Origin: Lysobacteraceae bacterium
GTDB taxonomy: Bacteria > Pseudomonadota > Gammaproteobacteria > Xanthomonadales > Xanthomonadaceae
Length of the DNA: 64,000 bases
Direction of reading: 5' to 3'
Assembly (NCBI GenBank): GCA_035686365.1
Contig: DASRZM010000119.1
Location: forward strand, 4,211 to 68,210
Part shown: piece by piece, positions 9,749 to 24,150 of the stretch
Layout: every line of letters starts with the position of its first letter
Numbering within the stretch: the stretch's first letter is position 1
Made by a program: the position numbers and the translations under genes
Notes under the pieces: model-generated
What the model saw: only the letters and a program-made list of their open reading frames with translations
What the model was told of the DNA's origin: nothing
The model's database searches: none

Positions 9749-10299
9749 TCAGGCAGGAACCGGTGCAGCACGCGTTCGGCCAGTCCCTGGGCGCTCAGGA
9801 TCAGGTCGCACGCCTCGCGCACAGCGCCGTGGCCGCCGACGGACCGCGTGCACCAGTGCACCCGGGACCTGACCCAGGGATGGGCGTCGGCCGGCGCCAG
9901 CGACAGGCCCACCCGGGTGAGGACGGGCAGGTCCGGGAGGTCGTCGCCCATGAAAGCGACCTCCGAGGGGACCACGGTCAACGCATGCAGCAGGTGGGTC
10001 AGGCTGTGCAGCTTGTCGGTGGCGCCCTGGAAGACGTGCCGCAGCCCGAGCTCGCGCGCCCGTGCGGCCACGACCAGGCTCTCGCGGGTGGTGATCAGCG
10101 CCACCTCGATGCCCTGCTCGCGCAGGGCTTTCATGCCGAAGCCGTCGAGCACGTTGAAGCCCTTGAACTGCTCGCCCTCGGGCGTGTACCAGAGCTGCCC
10201 GTCGGTCAGCGTGCCGTCGACATCGATGGCCAGCAGCTTCACGCGAGCGGCGCGGTCGCGGATGTCCAGGGGGATCTCGGAGAGGTAGTCGGTGCTCAT
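9745..10299 (-). CDS. kdsC: 3-deoxy-D-manno-octulosonate 8-phosphate phosphatase
   Basis: Internal start MSTDYLSEI... HAD motif IDVDGTLTDG, plus ..FMGDDLPDLPV.. Confidence 0.85.
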   Translation of the reverse strand: MSTDYLSEIPLDIRDRAARVKLLAIDVDGTLTDGQLWYTPEGEQFKGFNVLDGFGMKALREQGIEVALITTRESLVVAARARELGLRHVFQGATDKLHSLTHLLHALTVVPSEVAFMGDDLPDLPVLTRVGLSLAPADAHPWVRSRVHWCTRSVGGHGAVREACDLILSAQGLAERVLHRFLPE

Positions 10300-10424
10300 G
10301 CGGCAAGGTCCGGTCGAAACGCGGGTGTCTGAAGTTCCAGTGGCCGGTTCCCGTGGCCAGCCGGAAGTCGGTGATCGGCACGGTTCCGGCAATGCGGACT
10401 GCAAACCGGCGACCGGAACTGTTC

Positions 10425-13143
<2,719 letters not shown>

Positions 13144-13186
13144 GCGGCCTGATCCAGTCGCGTCTGGGCGTGTCCAGACCTTTCCT

Positions 13187-13263
13187 GGGAAACTCTGAAC
13201 AAGTTCACAGGTTCGCGCGCCATGGATGGCGCGCTCGCGGATCAAGCACGCAAGTGCTTGATC
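13187..13263 (+). repeat. Three-hairpin repeat, family 2, copy F1
   Basis: Contains the palindromes gcgcgccatggatggcgcgc and gatcaagcacgcaagtgcttgatc. About 85 percent identical by eye to 43967-44043. Bracketed by the direct repeat cagacctttcc (13175-13185 and 13263-13273). Confidence 0.8.
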
Positions 13264-13284
13264 AGACCTTTCCCAGTACTGCGC

Positions 13285-14016
13285 TCAGCCGCGCGACCAG
13301 GACAGCAGCCGCATCTCGAACCGGTCGCGGCCGCCCTCGCTGCGCAGCACGCGCACCGGCATCGGCGGCAGCCCGGGCGCGAACCAGGCGGTGGTCGTGC
13401 GCTCCCGGTCCGCGCGCCGCTCGGTCAGGGGGACGGCCTCGAAACGTCCGGCGGGGACCTGGATCGTCTGCACGGGGCGCACCCGGTATTCGACGCTGCG
13501 GCTGCGGCCGCGATCGAGCAGCTCGTAGTGCAGGGCCTGGCCCGGCTCGGCACCCGCGGCCTCGTATCCGAGCAGCAGGTTCAGCGATTCGCGGGTGACC
13601 GCGTGCGCCGGCAACGGCATCGGGCCGCGGCGGTCGGCGTCGACATCGCCGCTCCAGCGCGCCTGCCCCTGTTCCCAGTCGAACTCGGTGACGACCTCGC
13701 GCGTGCCCAGTCGCATGCCGTTGCGCACCACCGAGCGGACCAGCCGGAGCCGCTCTCCGCGCAGCTCGAAATCGCTCAGCTGCTCGGAGCGGTAGCCGGC
13801 CAGGCGCGCCATCCCGGCGGTGGAGTCGGCATCCAGCAGCAGCCGCCAGCGGTCATCGGCCACGCGCGAAAGCAGCACCCGCGTGCTCCCCTGCGGCTTG
13901 CCGTCGACCAGCACCTCGTAGTGGGCCCGGTAGGGCGCCAGGCCCGGCGCGGCCAGAACCGGCGACGCGGCCATCAGCAGGAACAGGGCCATGACGCAGG
14001 TCCGCGAGGCGTGCAT
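13285..14016 (-). CDS. DUF3108 domain-containing protein (secreted)
   Basis: 243 aa with a signal peptide (MALFLLMAASPVLAAP). It sits next to purN as in other gammaproteobacteria. The family call comes from memory of that synteny and the overall sequence pattern. Confidence 0.65.
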   Translation of the reverse strand: MHASRTCVMALFLLMAASPVLAAPGLAPYRAHYEVLVDGKPQGSTRVLLSRVADDRWRLLLDADSTAGMARLAGYRSEQLSDFELRGERLRLVRSVVRNGMRLGTREVVTEFDWEQGQARWSGDVDADRRGPMPLPAHAVTRESLNLLLGYEAAGAEPGQALHYELLDRGRSRSVEYRVRPVQTIQVPAGRFEAVPLTERRADRERTTTAWFAPGLPPMPVRVLRSEGGRDRFEMRLLSWSRG

Positions 14017-14702
14017 CAGGGCGCCCGCGCCGGGTGCAGGGCATCGTCGCTGCCCAGCGCCAGCGCTGCCGGCAGCGGCCTGCCGTCGAACTCTACGCCC
14101 CCTGCGGCCAGCACGATCCGGCGCTCGGCGATCAGCCCGACGCCGGCCACCAGCAGCGGATGCTCGCGCTCCAGCACCCGCGCGGCAAGCGCCTCGGGCG
14201 AGTCGCCCGCCAGCACCGGTACGCGCGCGCAGGCGAACACCGGGCCGGCATCGAGCTCGGGGGTCACGAAGTGCAGGCTGGCGCCGTGCATGCGCACGCC
14301 GTCGGCCAGCGCGCGTGCGTGTGTACGCAGTCCCGGGTAGGCGGGCAGCAGCGAAGGATGGATATTGATCATGCGTCCGAAGAACGGCTGCAGTACGTCG
14401 GCCCCGATGATGCGCATGAATCCGGCGCAGACGATGAGTTGCGGCTGAACGCCCTGGAGCAAACGCACCAGGGCGGCATCGAAGCCGGCGCGACCTGCAT
14501 GCACTGTGGGATCGATCGCGAGTGCGCCGATGCCGTGGGCGCGTGCGCGTGCGAGCGCGCCGCTGGCGGGACGGTCGCTGATCACGCCGGTGATGGTGAT
14601 CGGCAGCCGGCCGGACCCGGCCGCATCGATCAGGGCCTGCAGGTTGCTGCCGCGGCCGGATGCCAGGACCGCGACGCGCAGCGGCTCAGCCGATGCGGAC
14701 AC
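14016..14702 (-). CDS. purN: Phosphoribosylglycinamide formyltransferase
   Basis: [29 protein letters not shown] 14702 was chosen because the ATG at 14789 would overlap purM by about 100 nt. Confidence 0.9.
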   Translation of the reverse strand: MSASAEPLRVAVLASGRGSNLQALIDAAGSGRLPITITGVISDRPASGALARARAHGIGALAIDPTVHAGRAGFDAALVRLLQGVQPQLIVCAGFMRIIGADVLQPFFGRMINIHPSLLPAYPGLRTHARALADGVRMHGASLHFVTPELDAGPVFACARVPVLAGDSPEALAARVLEREHPLLVAGVGLIAERRIVLAAGGVEFDGRPLPAALALGSDDALHPARAP

Positions 14703-15726
14703 GCTCGCCTTCGCCGGCGCGCACGACCTGGCCGATCGTCCAGTGGGCCAGCCCGGCCGTGTCCAGTGCGGCTGCGGCGGCTTTGGCATCGGATCGGGCG
14801 ACGATCAGGGCGAAGCCGATGCCGCAGTTGAAGGTGCGCCACATCTCCCGGCTCGGCACCGCGCCCTCGCGCTGCAGCCACTCGAACACCGGCGGCAGGG
14901 GCCACGCCGAGGCGTCGATGCGCAGCCCCAGACCCTCGGGAACGACGCGGACCAGGTTTTCGGTCAGGCCGCCACCGGTGACGTGCGCCATCGCGTGCAC
15001 ATCGAGCTTTCGGCGCAGTGCGAGCATCGGCTTGACGTAGATCGTGGTGGGTTCCATCAGGGCATCGCCCAGCGGCCTGCCGCCGACGTCGAGCTGCGCC
15101 GGGGCGCCGGCGCGCTCCCAGATCCGGCGGATCAGCGAGTAGCCGTTGGAGTGCGGGCCGCTGGAGGCGATGCCGATCACCAGGTCTCCGGCTGCGACAC
15201 GGCTGCCGTCGAGCAACTGTGATTTCTCGACCGCGCCCACGCAGAAGCCGGCCAGATCGTATTCGCCCGGGCCGTACATGTCGGGCATCTCCGCGGTCTC
15301 GCCGCCGATCAGCGCGCAGCCGGCCAGTTCACAGCCGCGGGCGATGCCCGCGACCACCGCCACCGTGGTCTCGACATCGAGCCGCCCGGTGGCGAAATAG
15401 TCCAGAAAGAACAGCGGCTCGGCGCCCTGCACCAGCACGTCGTTCACGCACATGGCCACCAGATCGATACCGATGCTGTCGTGCCGGCCCAGCTGCTGCG
15501 CAAGCTTCAGCTTGGTGCCGACGCCGTCGGTGCCGGACACCAGGACCGGCTCGCGGTAGCGACCGGACAGGTCGAACAGCGCCCCGAAGCCGCCCAGCCC
15601 ACCCATCACGCCGGGCCGGAAGGTGCGGCGGACCAGCGGCTTGATGCGCTCGACCACGGCATTGCCCGCATCGATGTCGACGCCGGCGTCCTTGTAGGTC
15701 AGCGGCGGCTTCTGCGGCGGATCCAC
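14686..15726 (-). CDS. purM: Phosphoribosylformylglycinamidine cyclo-ligase
   Basis: [13 protein letters not shown]..., [13 protein letters not shown]. No in-frame ATG lies near the conserved N-terminus, so GTG 15726 was chosen. Confidence 0.9.
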   Translation of the reverse strand: MDPPQKPPLTYKDAGVDIDAGNAVVERIKPLVRRTFRPGVMGGLGGFGALFDLSGRYREPVLVSGTDGVGTKLKLAQQLGRHDSIGIDLVAMCVNDVLVQGAEPLFFLDYFATGRLDVETTVAVVAGIARGCELAGCALIGGETAEMPDMYGPGEYDLAGFCVGAVEKSQLLDGSRVAAGDLVIGIASSGPHSNGYSLIRRIWERAGAPAQLDVGGRPLGDALMEPTTIYVKPMLALRRKLDVHAMAHVTGGGLTENLVRVVPEGLGLRIDASAWPLPPVFEWLQREGAVPSREMWRTFNCGIGFALIVARSDAKAAAAALDTAGLAHWTIGQVVRAGEGERVRIG

Positions 15727-15861
15727 GATGCGGGTGGGGGGTGAGGGGCGCGAATGATAGCAAGGCGCCGCGGTCCGCGGCCCTGCCGGGGACGCGGCGA
15801 TGGACGCAGCCCCCCGGGCTTGGGCAACATGACCGCCCCCACCCGACCCGGATTCGAGCCG

Positions 15862-16953
15862 ATGCTCCCGCGACCGACCTTCTCGCTGGCGACGCTGGTG
15901 CTGGCCGTGCTGCTGGCTGCCCTGGCCGGGCCCGGCGCCGCGGCCCAGGGCGCGCTCTCGCTCTACGAGGGCGAGGCGCGGGTGACCAGCCAGGACGCCG
16001 GGGAACGCAATGCAGTGCTGCCCAAGGCCCTGGCACAGGTCTTCGTCAAGCTCACCGGGGACCCGCAGGCGGTCGGGCAGCCGGCGCTGGCGCGCCACCT
16101 GCCCGACGCCCAGTCGCTGATGCGGCAGTACCGCTATCGCCAGAGCCTGGCCACCATCGACGGCCAGCCGGTGGTCCGGCTGTACGTCGTGGCCGCGTTC
16201 GACCGCAGCCGCGTCGACGCGATCCTTGCAGGGGCCGGTGTGGCGGTCTGGCCGCAGCCGCGCCCCGAGCCGCTGGTCTGGCTGGCGATCGACGACGGCC
16301 GCGGCGCCCGCCTGGTCTCGCGCGCGCAGTCCGGCGCCGCGGCGCCCCTGATCGACGAGGCGCTCGAGCGCGGCCTGGTACTGCGCTTTCCGGCGCAGGA
16401 GGACGCCCGCGCCTCACCGGACCCGGTCGCGGCGGCCTGGAGCGGCGAAACCGAGCCGCTGGTCGAAGCCTCGCGCCGGCATGGCGCCTCCACGCTGCTC
16501 GTGGGCCGACTGCAGCGCAGCGACGGCACCTGGCGCTCGCGCTGGATCGTGGTGGACGCCGGTCGCACGGTCAGCAGCTTCGATGCCGCCGATCCGGATC
16601 CGCGCAAGCTGATGGTGCGTGCCGGCGGCCTGGCCGTGGACGCACTGGCAAGCCATTACTCCAACCCGGCGTTGCTGGGGACTCCCGGCGAGTACGTGCT
16701 CGAACTCTCGGGCGTGGATTCGGTGACCGCCTACGCCGAGGCGCTGGGGGCATTGCGCGAGCTGGCCGTCGTGCGCGAGCTGTGGGTGGAGGCGGCCGAC
16801 GGCGACCGGCTGCGGCTGCGCGTGGCGCTGGGCACGGGTGTCGAGGGTCTGCTGCGTCTGCTCGAAGGCAGCAGGGTGCTCTCGGTCGATGATCGGGTCG
16901 CCTCCGATCCGCGCTGGGGCCCGGCCGATGCGCGCCTCGTAGTACGCAGATGA
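15862..16953 (+). CDS. DUF2066 domain-containing protein (secreted)
   Basis: Signal peptide [30 protein letters not shown]. Divergent from purM as in other gammaproteobacteria. The start could also be 15829. Confidence 0.6.
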   Translation: MLPRPTFSLATLVLAVLLAALAGPGAAAQGALSLYEGEARVTSQDAGERNAVLPKALAQVFVKLTGDPQAVGQPALARHLPDAQSLMRQYRYRQSLATIDGQPVVRLYVVAAFDRSRVDAILAGAGVAVWPQPRPEPLVWLAIDDGRGARLVSRAQSGAAAPLIDEALERGLVLRFPAQEDARASPDPVAAAWSGETEPLVEASRRHGASTLLVGRLQRSDGTWRSRWIVVDAGRTVSSFDAADPDPRKLMVRAGGLAVDALASHYSNPALLGTPGEYVLELSGVDSVTAYAEALGALRELAVVRELWVEAADGDRLRLRVALGTGVEGLLRLLEGSRVLSVDDRVASDPRWGPADARLVVRR

Positions 16954-17534
16954 GCTGGCGACAGCTCCCGAACGCGATCACGCTGCTGCGCATCGCCTCG
17001 GTGGCACCGATCGTGTGGCTGCTGCGCGCGGGCGAGTACCGCATCGCCTTCTGGGTGGCTCTGGCTGCCGGTGCCTCCGACGGGCTGGACGGCTGGCTGG
17101 CCAAGCGCTTCGACTGGCGCACGCGGCTGGGCGGTCTGCTCGATCCGGTCGCCGACAAGCTGCTGCTCAACGCCTGTTATTTGGGGCTGTGGGGGGCGGG
17201 TCACGTCCCGACCTGGCTGGCCGTCCTGATCGTCGGACGCGACCTGGTGATCTTCGGTGGCGCGGTGGGCTACCACTGGCTGATCGCGCCGCTGAAGGCA
17301 AATCCGACGTTGCTCAGCAAGGCCACGACGCTGGCCCAGATCGTGTTGCTGGTGGCCTGGCTGCTGGACCTTGCCTACCTGCCGCTGGGCGAGGGCACGT
17401 TGCTGGCCGGCGCGGCGCTGGTCGCTGCACTCACCGCAGCGAGCGGCATCGACTACGTGCTGCGCTGGAGCCTGCGCGCGTGGCGTCAAGCAAGGGCACG
17501 GGGCAACCGGCGCCGTACCGTGGAGGGGCGATGA
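16950..17534 (+). CDS. CDP-alcohol phosphatidyltransferase family protein
   Basis: LPNAITLLRI...GASDGLDGWLAKRF...GGLLDPVADKLL (D-G-x2-A-R...G-x3-D-x3-D motif). Confidence 0.82.
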   Translation: MSWRQLPNAITLLRIASVAPIVWLLRAGEYRIAFWVALAAGASDGLDGWLAKRFDWRTRLGGLLDPVADKLLLNACYLGLWGAGHVPTWLAVLIVGRDLVIFGGAVGYHWLIAPLKANPTLLSKATTLAQIVLLVAWLLDLAYLPLGEGTLLAGAALVAALTAASGIDYVLRWSLRAWRQARARGNRRRTVEGR

Positions 17535-18700
17535 GCGATACGCACAAATGGCAGCTGCTGGCGTTGACGGTACTGATCGGCGGCCTGGTCTACCTGCTGG
17601 CGCCGGTGCTCACGCCGTTCGCGGTGGCGGCACTGCTGGCCTACCTGGGCGATCCGCTGTGCGACCGGCTTGCGCGCCGGATGCCGCGCGCACTGGCGGT
17701 GACGCTGGTATTCGTGCTGATGGTGCTGGCCCTGGTCGGTGCGCTGCTGCTGCTGGTGCCGATGGTCGTGAACCAGATCGAGCGGTTCGCCGAGGCGCTG
17801 CCGCGCTGGATGGAATGGTTCCGGCAGACCGCGGCGCCCTGGATCGAGGCCAGGGTCGGATTCCGGCTGCCGGAGCTGCAGGGCGATGGCCTGGTCGAGG
17901 CGCTGCGCGAGCACTGGCAGCAGGCCGGAAACATCGCCGCGAACCTGATCGGCGGCGTGTCCCGGTCGGGCATGGCGATCCTGACCTGGATCGCCAACCT
18001 GATCGTGATCCCGGTGGTGACCTTCTACCTGATGCGCGACTGGGACGTGCTGGTGGAGCGCATCCGCCAGCTGCTGCCGCGTTCGGTGGAGCCGACCGTC
18101 TCGCGTCTGGCGCGCGAGTCCGACCAGATGCTGGGCGGGTTCCTGCGCGGCCAGCTCAGCGTGATGTTCGCGCTGGGGGTGATCTACGCCGTCGGCCTGT
18201 GGCTGGTCGGTATCGACCTGGCCTTGCTGATCGGAATGATCGCGGGCCTGCTCAGCTTCGTGCCGTACCTGGGCACCTTCGTGGGCGTGCTGATCGCGGT
18301 GATCGCGGCACTGGTCCAGTACGGCGATGTCATGCACGTGGCGCTGGTGCTGGTGGTGTTCGTGGTCGGCCAGATCCTGGAAGGCAACGTGCTCACGCCG
18401 TGGCTGGTGGGCGACCGCATCGGCATGCACCCGGTGGCGGTGATCTTCGCGGTGCTCGCCGGCGGCCAGCTGTTCGGCTTCCTGGGCATGCTGCTGGCAC
18501 TGCCGGTGGCCGCCGTGATCATGGTCGTGCTGCGCTACGCGCACTCCCGATACCGCCAGAGCGAGCTGTACGGCGCCGAGGCCGGAGCGATCGTGCCGGA
18601 GCCGATGCAGCCCGGATCGATCACCGTCTCCTCGCCGCCGGCGCCGGCCGACGAGGGCGGGCTCGGCGCGGCGGGCGGCGACGAGCCCGGGCCGCAATGA
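17531..18700 (+). CDS. AI-2E family transporter (PerM-like permease)
   Basis: Internal start MSDTHKWQLLALTVLIGGLVYLLAP... Multi-TM protein. ATGA overlap with the upstream gene. Confidence 0.82.
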   Translation: MSDTHKWQLLALTVLIGGLVYLLAPVLTPFAVAALLAYLGDPLCDRLARRMPRALAVTLVFVLMVLALVGALLLLVPMVVNQIERFAEALPRWMEWFRQTAAPWIEARVGFRLPELQGDGLVEALREHWQQAGNIAANLIGGVSRSGMAILTWIANLIVIPVVTFYLMRDWDVLVERIRQLLPRSVEPTVSRLARESDQMLGGFLRGQLSVMFALGVIYAVGLWLVGIDLALLIGMIAGLLSFVPYLGTFVGVLIAVIAALVQYGDVMHVALVLVVFVVGQILEGNVLTPWLVGDRIGMHPVAVIFAVLAGGQLFGFLGMLLALPVAAVIMVVLRYAHSRYRQSELYGAEAGAIVPEPMQPGSITVSSPPAPADEGGLGAAGGDEPGPQ

Positions 18701-19389
18701 ATGCACCGCAGCTTCCGCTCGCGCTGCGCCATCCGCCGGACCAGCGCCTGGCCACGCTGGTCGGCGAGGCCGGACGGCACGCGGGCCTGCTGGCCGCTGT
18801 CGCCGAGGGCCGCAGCGGCGAATGGCTGTACCTGCGCGGGCCGGCAGCCAGCGGCAAGACCCACGCGCTGATCGGCGCGTGCATCGCCGCCGATGGCAGC
18901 GGCCGCCGGGCCGCCTACGTTGCGCTGTCCGCCCAGGGTGCACGGGGCCTGGCCGAATCCGCCAGCGGCAGCGCGCTGGTGGCGATCGACGGCATCGAGG
19001 CGATCGCGGGCGATCCGGAAATCGAAAGCGCGTTGTTCGCACTGCACAACCGGTTGCGGGCGGATGGCGCCAGCGTGCTGTATGCGGCGCGCGAACCCCC
19101 GGCGCAGCTCCCGCTGCAGCTTCCGGACCTGCGTTCGCGGCTGTCGCAGTGCACGCAGCTGATCCTTCGCCCGCCCGGCGAGTGCGAGCGCCGCGAACTG
19201 CTGGTCGCGCGCGCGGCCGCCCGCGGCCTGGCGCTCGACGAGGCCGTGGTCGAATTCCTGTTCCGACGCGTCGGCCGCGACCTGGGAACGCTCACGGCGC
19301 TGCTCGATCGCATCGACCGCGCCAGCCTGGCCGCGCAGCGCCGGGTGACAGTGCCGTTCGTGCGGGGGTTGCTGGAGGTGGACCGGTAG
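18697..19389 (+). CDS. hda: DnaA regulatory inactivator Hda
   Basis: MNAPQLPLALRHPPDQRL..., GPAASGKTHAL, ..LQLPDLRSRL.. Conserved perM-hda neighbourhood. Confidence 0.85.
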   Translation: MNAPQLPLALRHPPDQRLATLVGEAGRHAGLLAAVAEGRSGEWLYLRGPAASGKTHALIGACIAADGSGRRAAYVALSAQGARGLAESASGSALVAIDGIEAIAGDPEIESALFALHNRLRADGASVLYAAREPPAQLPLQLPDLRSRLSQCTQLILRPPGECERRELLVARAAARGLALDEAVVEFLFRRVGRDLGTLTALLDRIDRASLAAQRRVTVPFVRGLLEVDR

Positions 19390-19437
19390 CACCGGGTCCG
19401 GCGTCGACAGGATCGACGCGATCCCGAGCCCCGGGCC

Positions 19438-20139
19438 TTACGCCCTCAACCGCGCGTCCAGCATCGCCAGCCGTTCCGGTGTGCCGACGTCGCACCAGCC
19501 GCCGTGATGGTGCTCGCCGCTGATTGCCTCGTGCGCCATCCATCCACGCAGGATCGGCGCCAGTGCGAACCGGGGCGGATCCTCGCTGGCGCCTTGGGCT
19601 GCGCCCACAACCTTGCGCCAGCCCTCCAGGACCTGCGGGCGGTAGCTGCCGATGCCGGCGTAGGTCAGCAGCGGCGCGCCGTGCGTCCGGACCCGACCAT
19701 CGGCTCCCAGCGCGAAGTCGCCGCGCGGCTTTTCCGGCGGGACCGCGACCAGCACCAGATGCGCCACGCCCTCGGGCTCGCGCGGCAGGCGCGCGAAATC
19801 GTAGTCGGTCCAGACGTCGCCGTTGACCAGGAGGAAAGGGTCCCCGCCGAGCAAGCGCATCGCATGCAGCATTCCGCCGCCGGTCTCCAGCGGGATCTCG
19901 CCTTCGGCCGAATAGTGCAGGTGTACGCCCCAGCGTTCGCCATCGCCCAGCCGCTCCGGAAATCGCGCGGTCAGGTGTGCGGTGTTGATCACGATCTCGT
20001 GCACGCCGATCGCCGCGAGCTTCTCTATGTGGTGGACGATCAGCGGCTTGCCGCCCACCTGCAACAGCGGCTTGGGCGTGACGTCGGTCAGCGGGCGCAT
20101 GCGCTCGCCACGGCCTGCGGCCAGGATCAGCGCACGCAT
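19438..20139 (-). CDS. murU: N-acetylmuramate alpha-1-phosphate uridylyltransferase-like nucleotidyltransferase
   Basis: MRALILAAGRGERMRPLTDVTPKPLL... Immediately downstream of the amgK-like kinase. Confidence 0.78.
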   Translation of the reverse strand: MRALILAAGRGERMRPLTDVTPKPLLQVGGKPLIVHHIEKLAAIGVHEIVINTAHLTARFPERLGDGERWGVHLHYSAEGEIPLETGGGMLHAMRLLGGDPFLLVNGDVWTDYDFARLPREPEGVAHLVLVAVPPEKPRGDFALGADGRVRTHGAPLLTYAGIGSYRPQVLEGWRKVVGAAQGASEDPPRFALAPILRGWMAHEAISGEHHHGGWCDVGTPERLAMLDARLRA

Positions 20140-20149
20140 GGGGGCCGCC

Positions 20150-21172
20150 TCATGCCGCTACCGCCGTGAGGTCGCGCCCGGCCACCGCACGCTCGAGAAT
20201 TCCGACCAGTGCCCTGGTTTCCCGGTGGCGCAGGCCGACCTCGCGGGTGTAGTGCCACACCAGCGGCAGGTCCTGCAGGTAGCCGGGCTTGCCGTCGCGG
20301 TACCAGAGCCTGCAGAAGATGCCCAGCACCTTGAGGTGACGCTGCAGGCCCATCAGGTCGAACCAGCGTCCGAAGCGCTCGGGGCCGGCATCGGTCACGT
20401 GCGCGGCCTGCAGACGGCACCGGTGCGCCTGGGCCCATTCGTACACGCGCGGCTCCGGCCAGGCGACGTAGCAGTCGCGCAGCAGCGAGACCAGGTCATA
20501 GGTGACCGGGCCGACCACGGCGTCCTGGAAGTCCAGCAGGCCCGGTCCAGCGCCTTCGCTCACCAGCAGGTTGCGCGAGTGGTAGTCGCGGTGGACGAAC
20601 GCGCACGGTTGTTCCAGCGCCGCCTCGACCAGGCCCGAGAACGCGGCCGCGATCGTCTCCTGGTCCCCGCTGTCGGGATCGAAGCCCAGGTGCCTGCGCA
20701 GGAACCAGGCGGGCATCAGTTCCATCTCCTCCAGGAGGCGGCGGCCGTCGTAAGGCGGCAGCCCCTCGACCTCGACCCGGGTCTGCATGCGCACAAGCGT
20801 GTCGAGCGCGACCGCATACAGGGCATCGACGGAGTCAGGCGTCAGTTCCGGCAGGTACAGCCGGGCGCCCAGGTCGCTCATCAGGACGAAGCCGGCGTCG
20901 GCGTCCACGGCCAGCGGCCGGGGCGCGTTGAGGCCGGCCGCAAGCAGGCGCCGGTCCACGTCGAGCCACGGTCGCACGTCCTCGTGCTGCGGGGGCGCGT
21001 CCATCAGGATGGCGCTGGCGCCCCCGTTGCGGACGCGCCAGTAGCTGCGGAAGCTGGCGTCGACCGAGGCCGATTCGACCGTGAAGCCGGCATCGAACCC
21101 GGGCGGTCGCCCCTGGTGCAGGGCCTGCGCGAGGAAGCGTCGGCGCTCGGATTCCCTGGACGGATCGGACAT
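20150..21172 (-). CDS. amgK: Anomeric MurNAc/GlcNAc kinase-like aminoglycoside phosphotransferase-fold protein
   Basis: Internal start MSDPSRESERRRF... APH-fold catalytic loop FVHRDYHSRNLLV. Paired with murU. Confidence 0.72.
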   Translation of the reverse strand: MSDPSRESERRRFLAQALHQGRPPGFDAGFTVESASVDASFRSYWRVRNGGASAILMDAPPQHEDVRPWLDVDRRLLAAGLNAPRPLAVDADAGFVLMSDLGARLYLPELTPDSVDALYAVALDTLVRMQTRVEVEGLPPYDGRRLLEEMELMPAWFLRRHLGFDPDSGDQETIAAAFSGLVEAALEQPCAFVHRDYHSRNLLVSEGAGPGLLDFQDAVVGPVTYDLVSLLRDCYVAWPEPRVYEWAQAHRCRLQAAHVTDAGPERFGRWFDLMGLQRHLKVLGIFCRLWYRDGKPGYLQDLPLVWHYTREVGLRHRETRALVGILERAVAGRDLTAVAA

Positions 21173-21347
21173 GGTTTCGGGACTGCAATGGACGCCGCAG
21201 TCTAGCGACCGCCCGTCGCCGCCGCGAGGCCGAGGCGGCACATTCCCTGCGCTCGGGCGCACGGACGGCCGGCGCACTGCCAGCCACCTGAACGTCGATC
21301 GCGCGACCCGCAACGCGAGGCTGGGATTGACCTGCGGTCAAATGGTA

Positions 21348-21366
21348 CCATATCAGTCCGATATGG
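21348..21366. promoter_or_regulatory. Candidate operator: inverted repeat CCATAT-N7-ATATGG in an AT-rich patch
   Basis: ccatat cagtccg atatgg ends 11 nt before the Rrf2 regulator ATG and overlaps its GGAGG Shine-Dalgarno sequence. It is the only AT-rich patch in the amgK/suf divergent region. Confidence 0.35.
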
Positions 21367-21376
21367 AGGCCGGCCG

Positions 21377-21820
21377 ATGCTCAGGGTCAGCAAGCTCACC
21401 GATTACGCCACCGTGGTGATGACCACGCTGGCGCAGGCCGACGAGGCGGTGGTGTCCGCGCTGGCGGTGGCGCAGCGCGCGCAGCTGGAGCCGCCGACCG
21501 TCGCCAAGCTGCTCAAGCTGCTCGCCCATGCCGGCCTGGTGAATTCACAGCGCGGTGCCGGCGGCGGTTACCGGCTGGCGCGGGCGGCGCGCGAGATCAC
21601 CGTGGCCGACATCGTCGAGGCGATCGAGGGGCCGTTCGGGATGACCGAGTGCAGCGTCCACGACGGCCTGTGCGGCTACGAGCACCATTGCGGCGTGCGC
21701 AGCAACTGGCGCCGCATCAGCGCCGCGATCGGCGAGGCGCTGCGCGGCGTCACCCTGGCCGACATGACGAGTCCGCCGGCGCCGCGCGCGATCATCCCGG
21801 TGCGCATCGCGCTGAGCTGA
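21377..21820 (+). CDS. Rrf2-family transcriptional regulator (SUF/IscR-type, Fe-S sensing)
   Basis: MLRVSKLTDYATVVMTTLA... wHTH. Cys cluster ECSVHDGLCGYEHHCGV. Directly upstream of sufB. Confidence 0.85.
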   Translation: MLRVSKLTDYATVVMTTLAQADEAVVSALAVAQRAQLEPPTVAKLLKLLAHAGLVNSQRGAGGGYRLARAAREITVADIVEAIEGPFGMTECSVHDGLCGYEHHCGVRSNWRRISAAIGEALRGVTLADMTSPPAPRAIIPVRIALS

Positions 21821-21908
21821 AGCGGGTCGTATCGAGCCGAATCGAGCTGCATTTCGCTGAATTGCGGCCGGCCGCGCAACCCGCGGACCGTCCAGAAACG
21901 AGAGAACC

Positions 21909-23348
<1,440 letters not shown>

Positions 23349-23376
23349 AACCCTCGAAGACAATGGATCCGCAAGC

Positions 23377-24146
<770 letters not shown>

Positions 24147-24150
<4 letters not shown>

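Noticed and set aside
14703-14789. Longer N-terminal extensions offered by the ORF track for purN and many other genes (rapZ, hpf, kdsC, kdsD, lptA, amgK, comEA, M20 peptidase, dinB, msrA, ispB, ssb and others).
   Set aside because: The extensions overlap the upstream gene or consist of Arg/Pro-rich non-conserved sequence preceding the recognisable family N-terminus. Internal ATG or GTG starts were chosen instead. The exact starts remain predictions.
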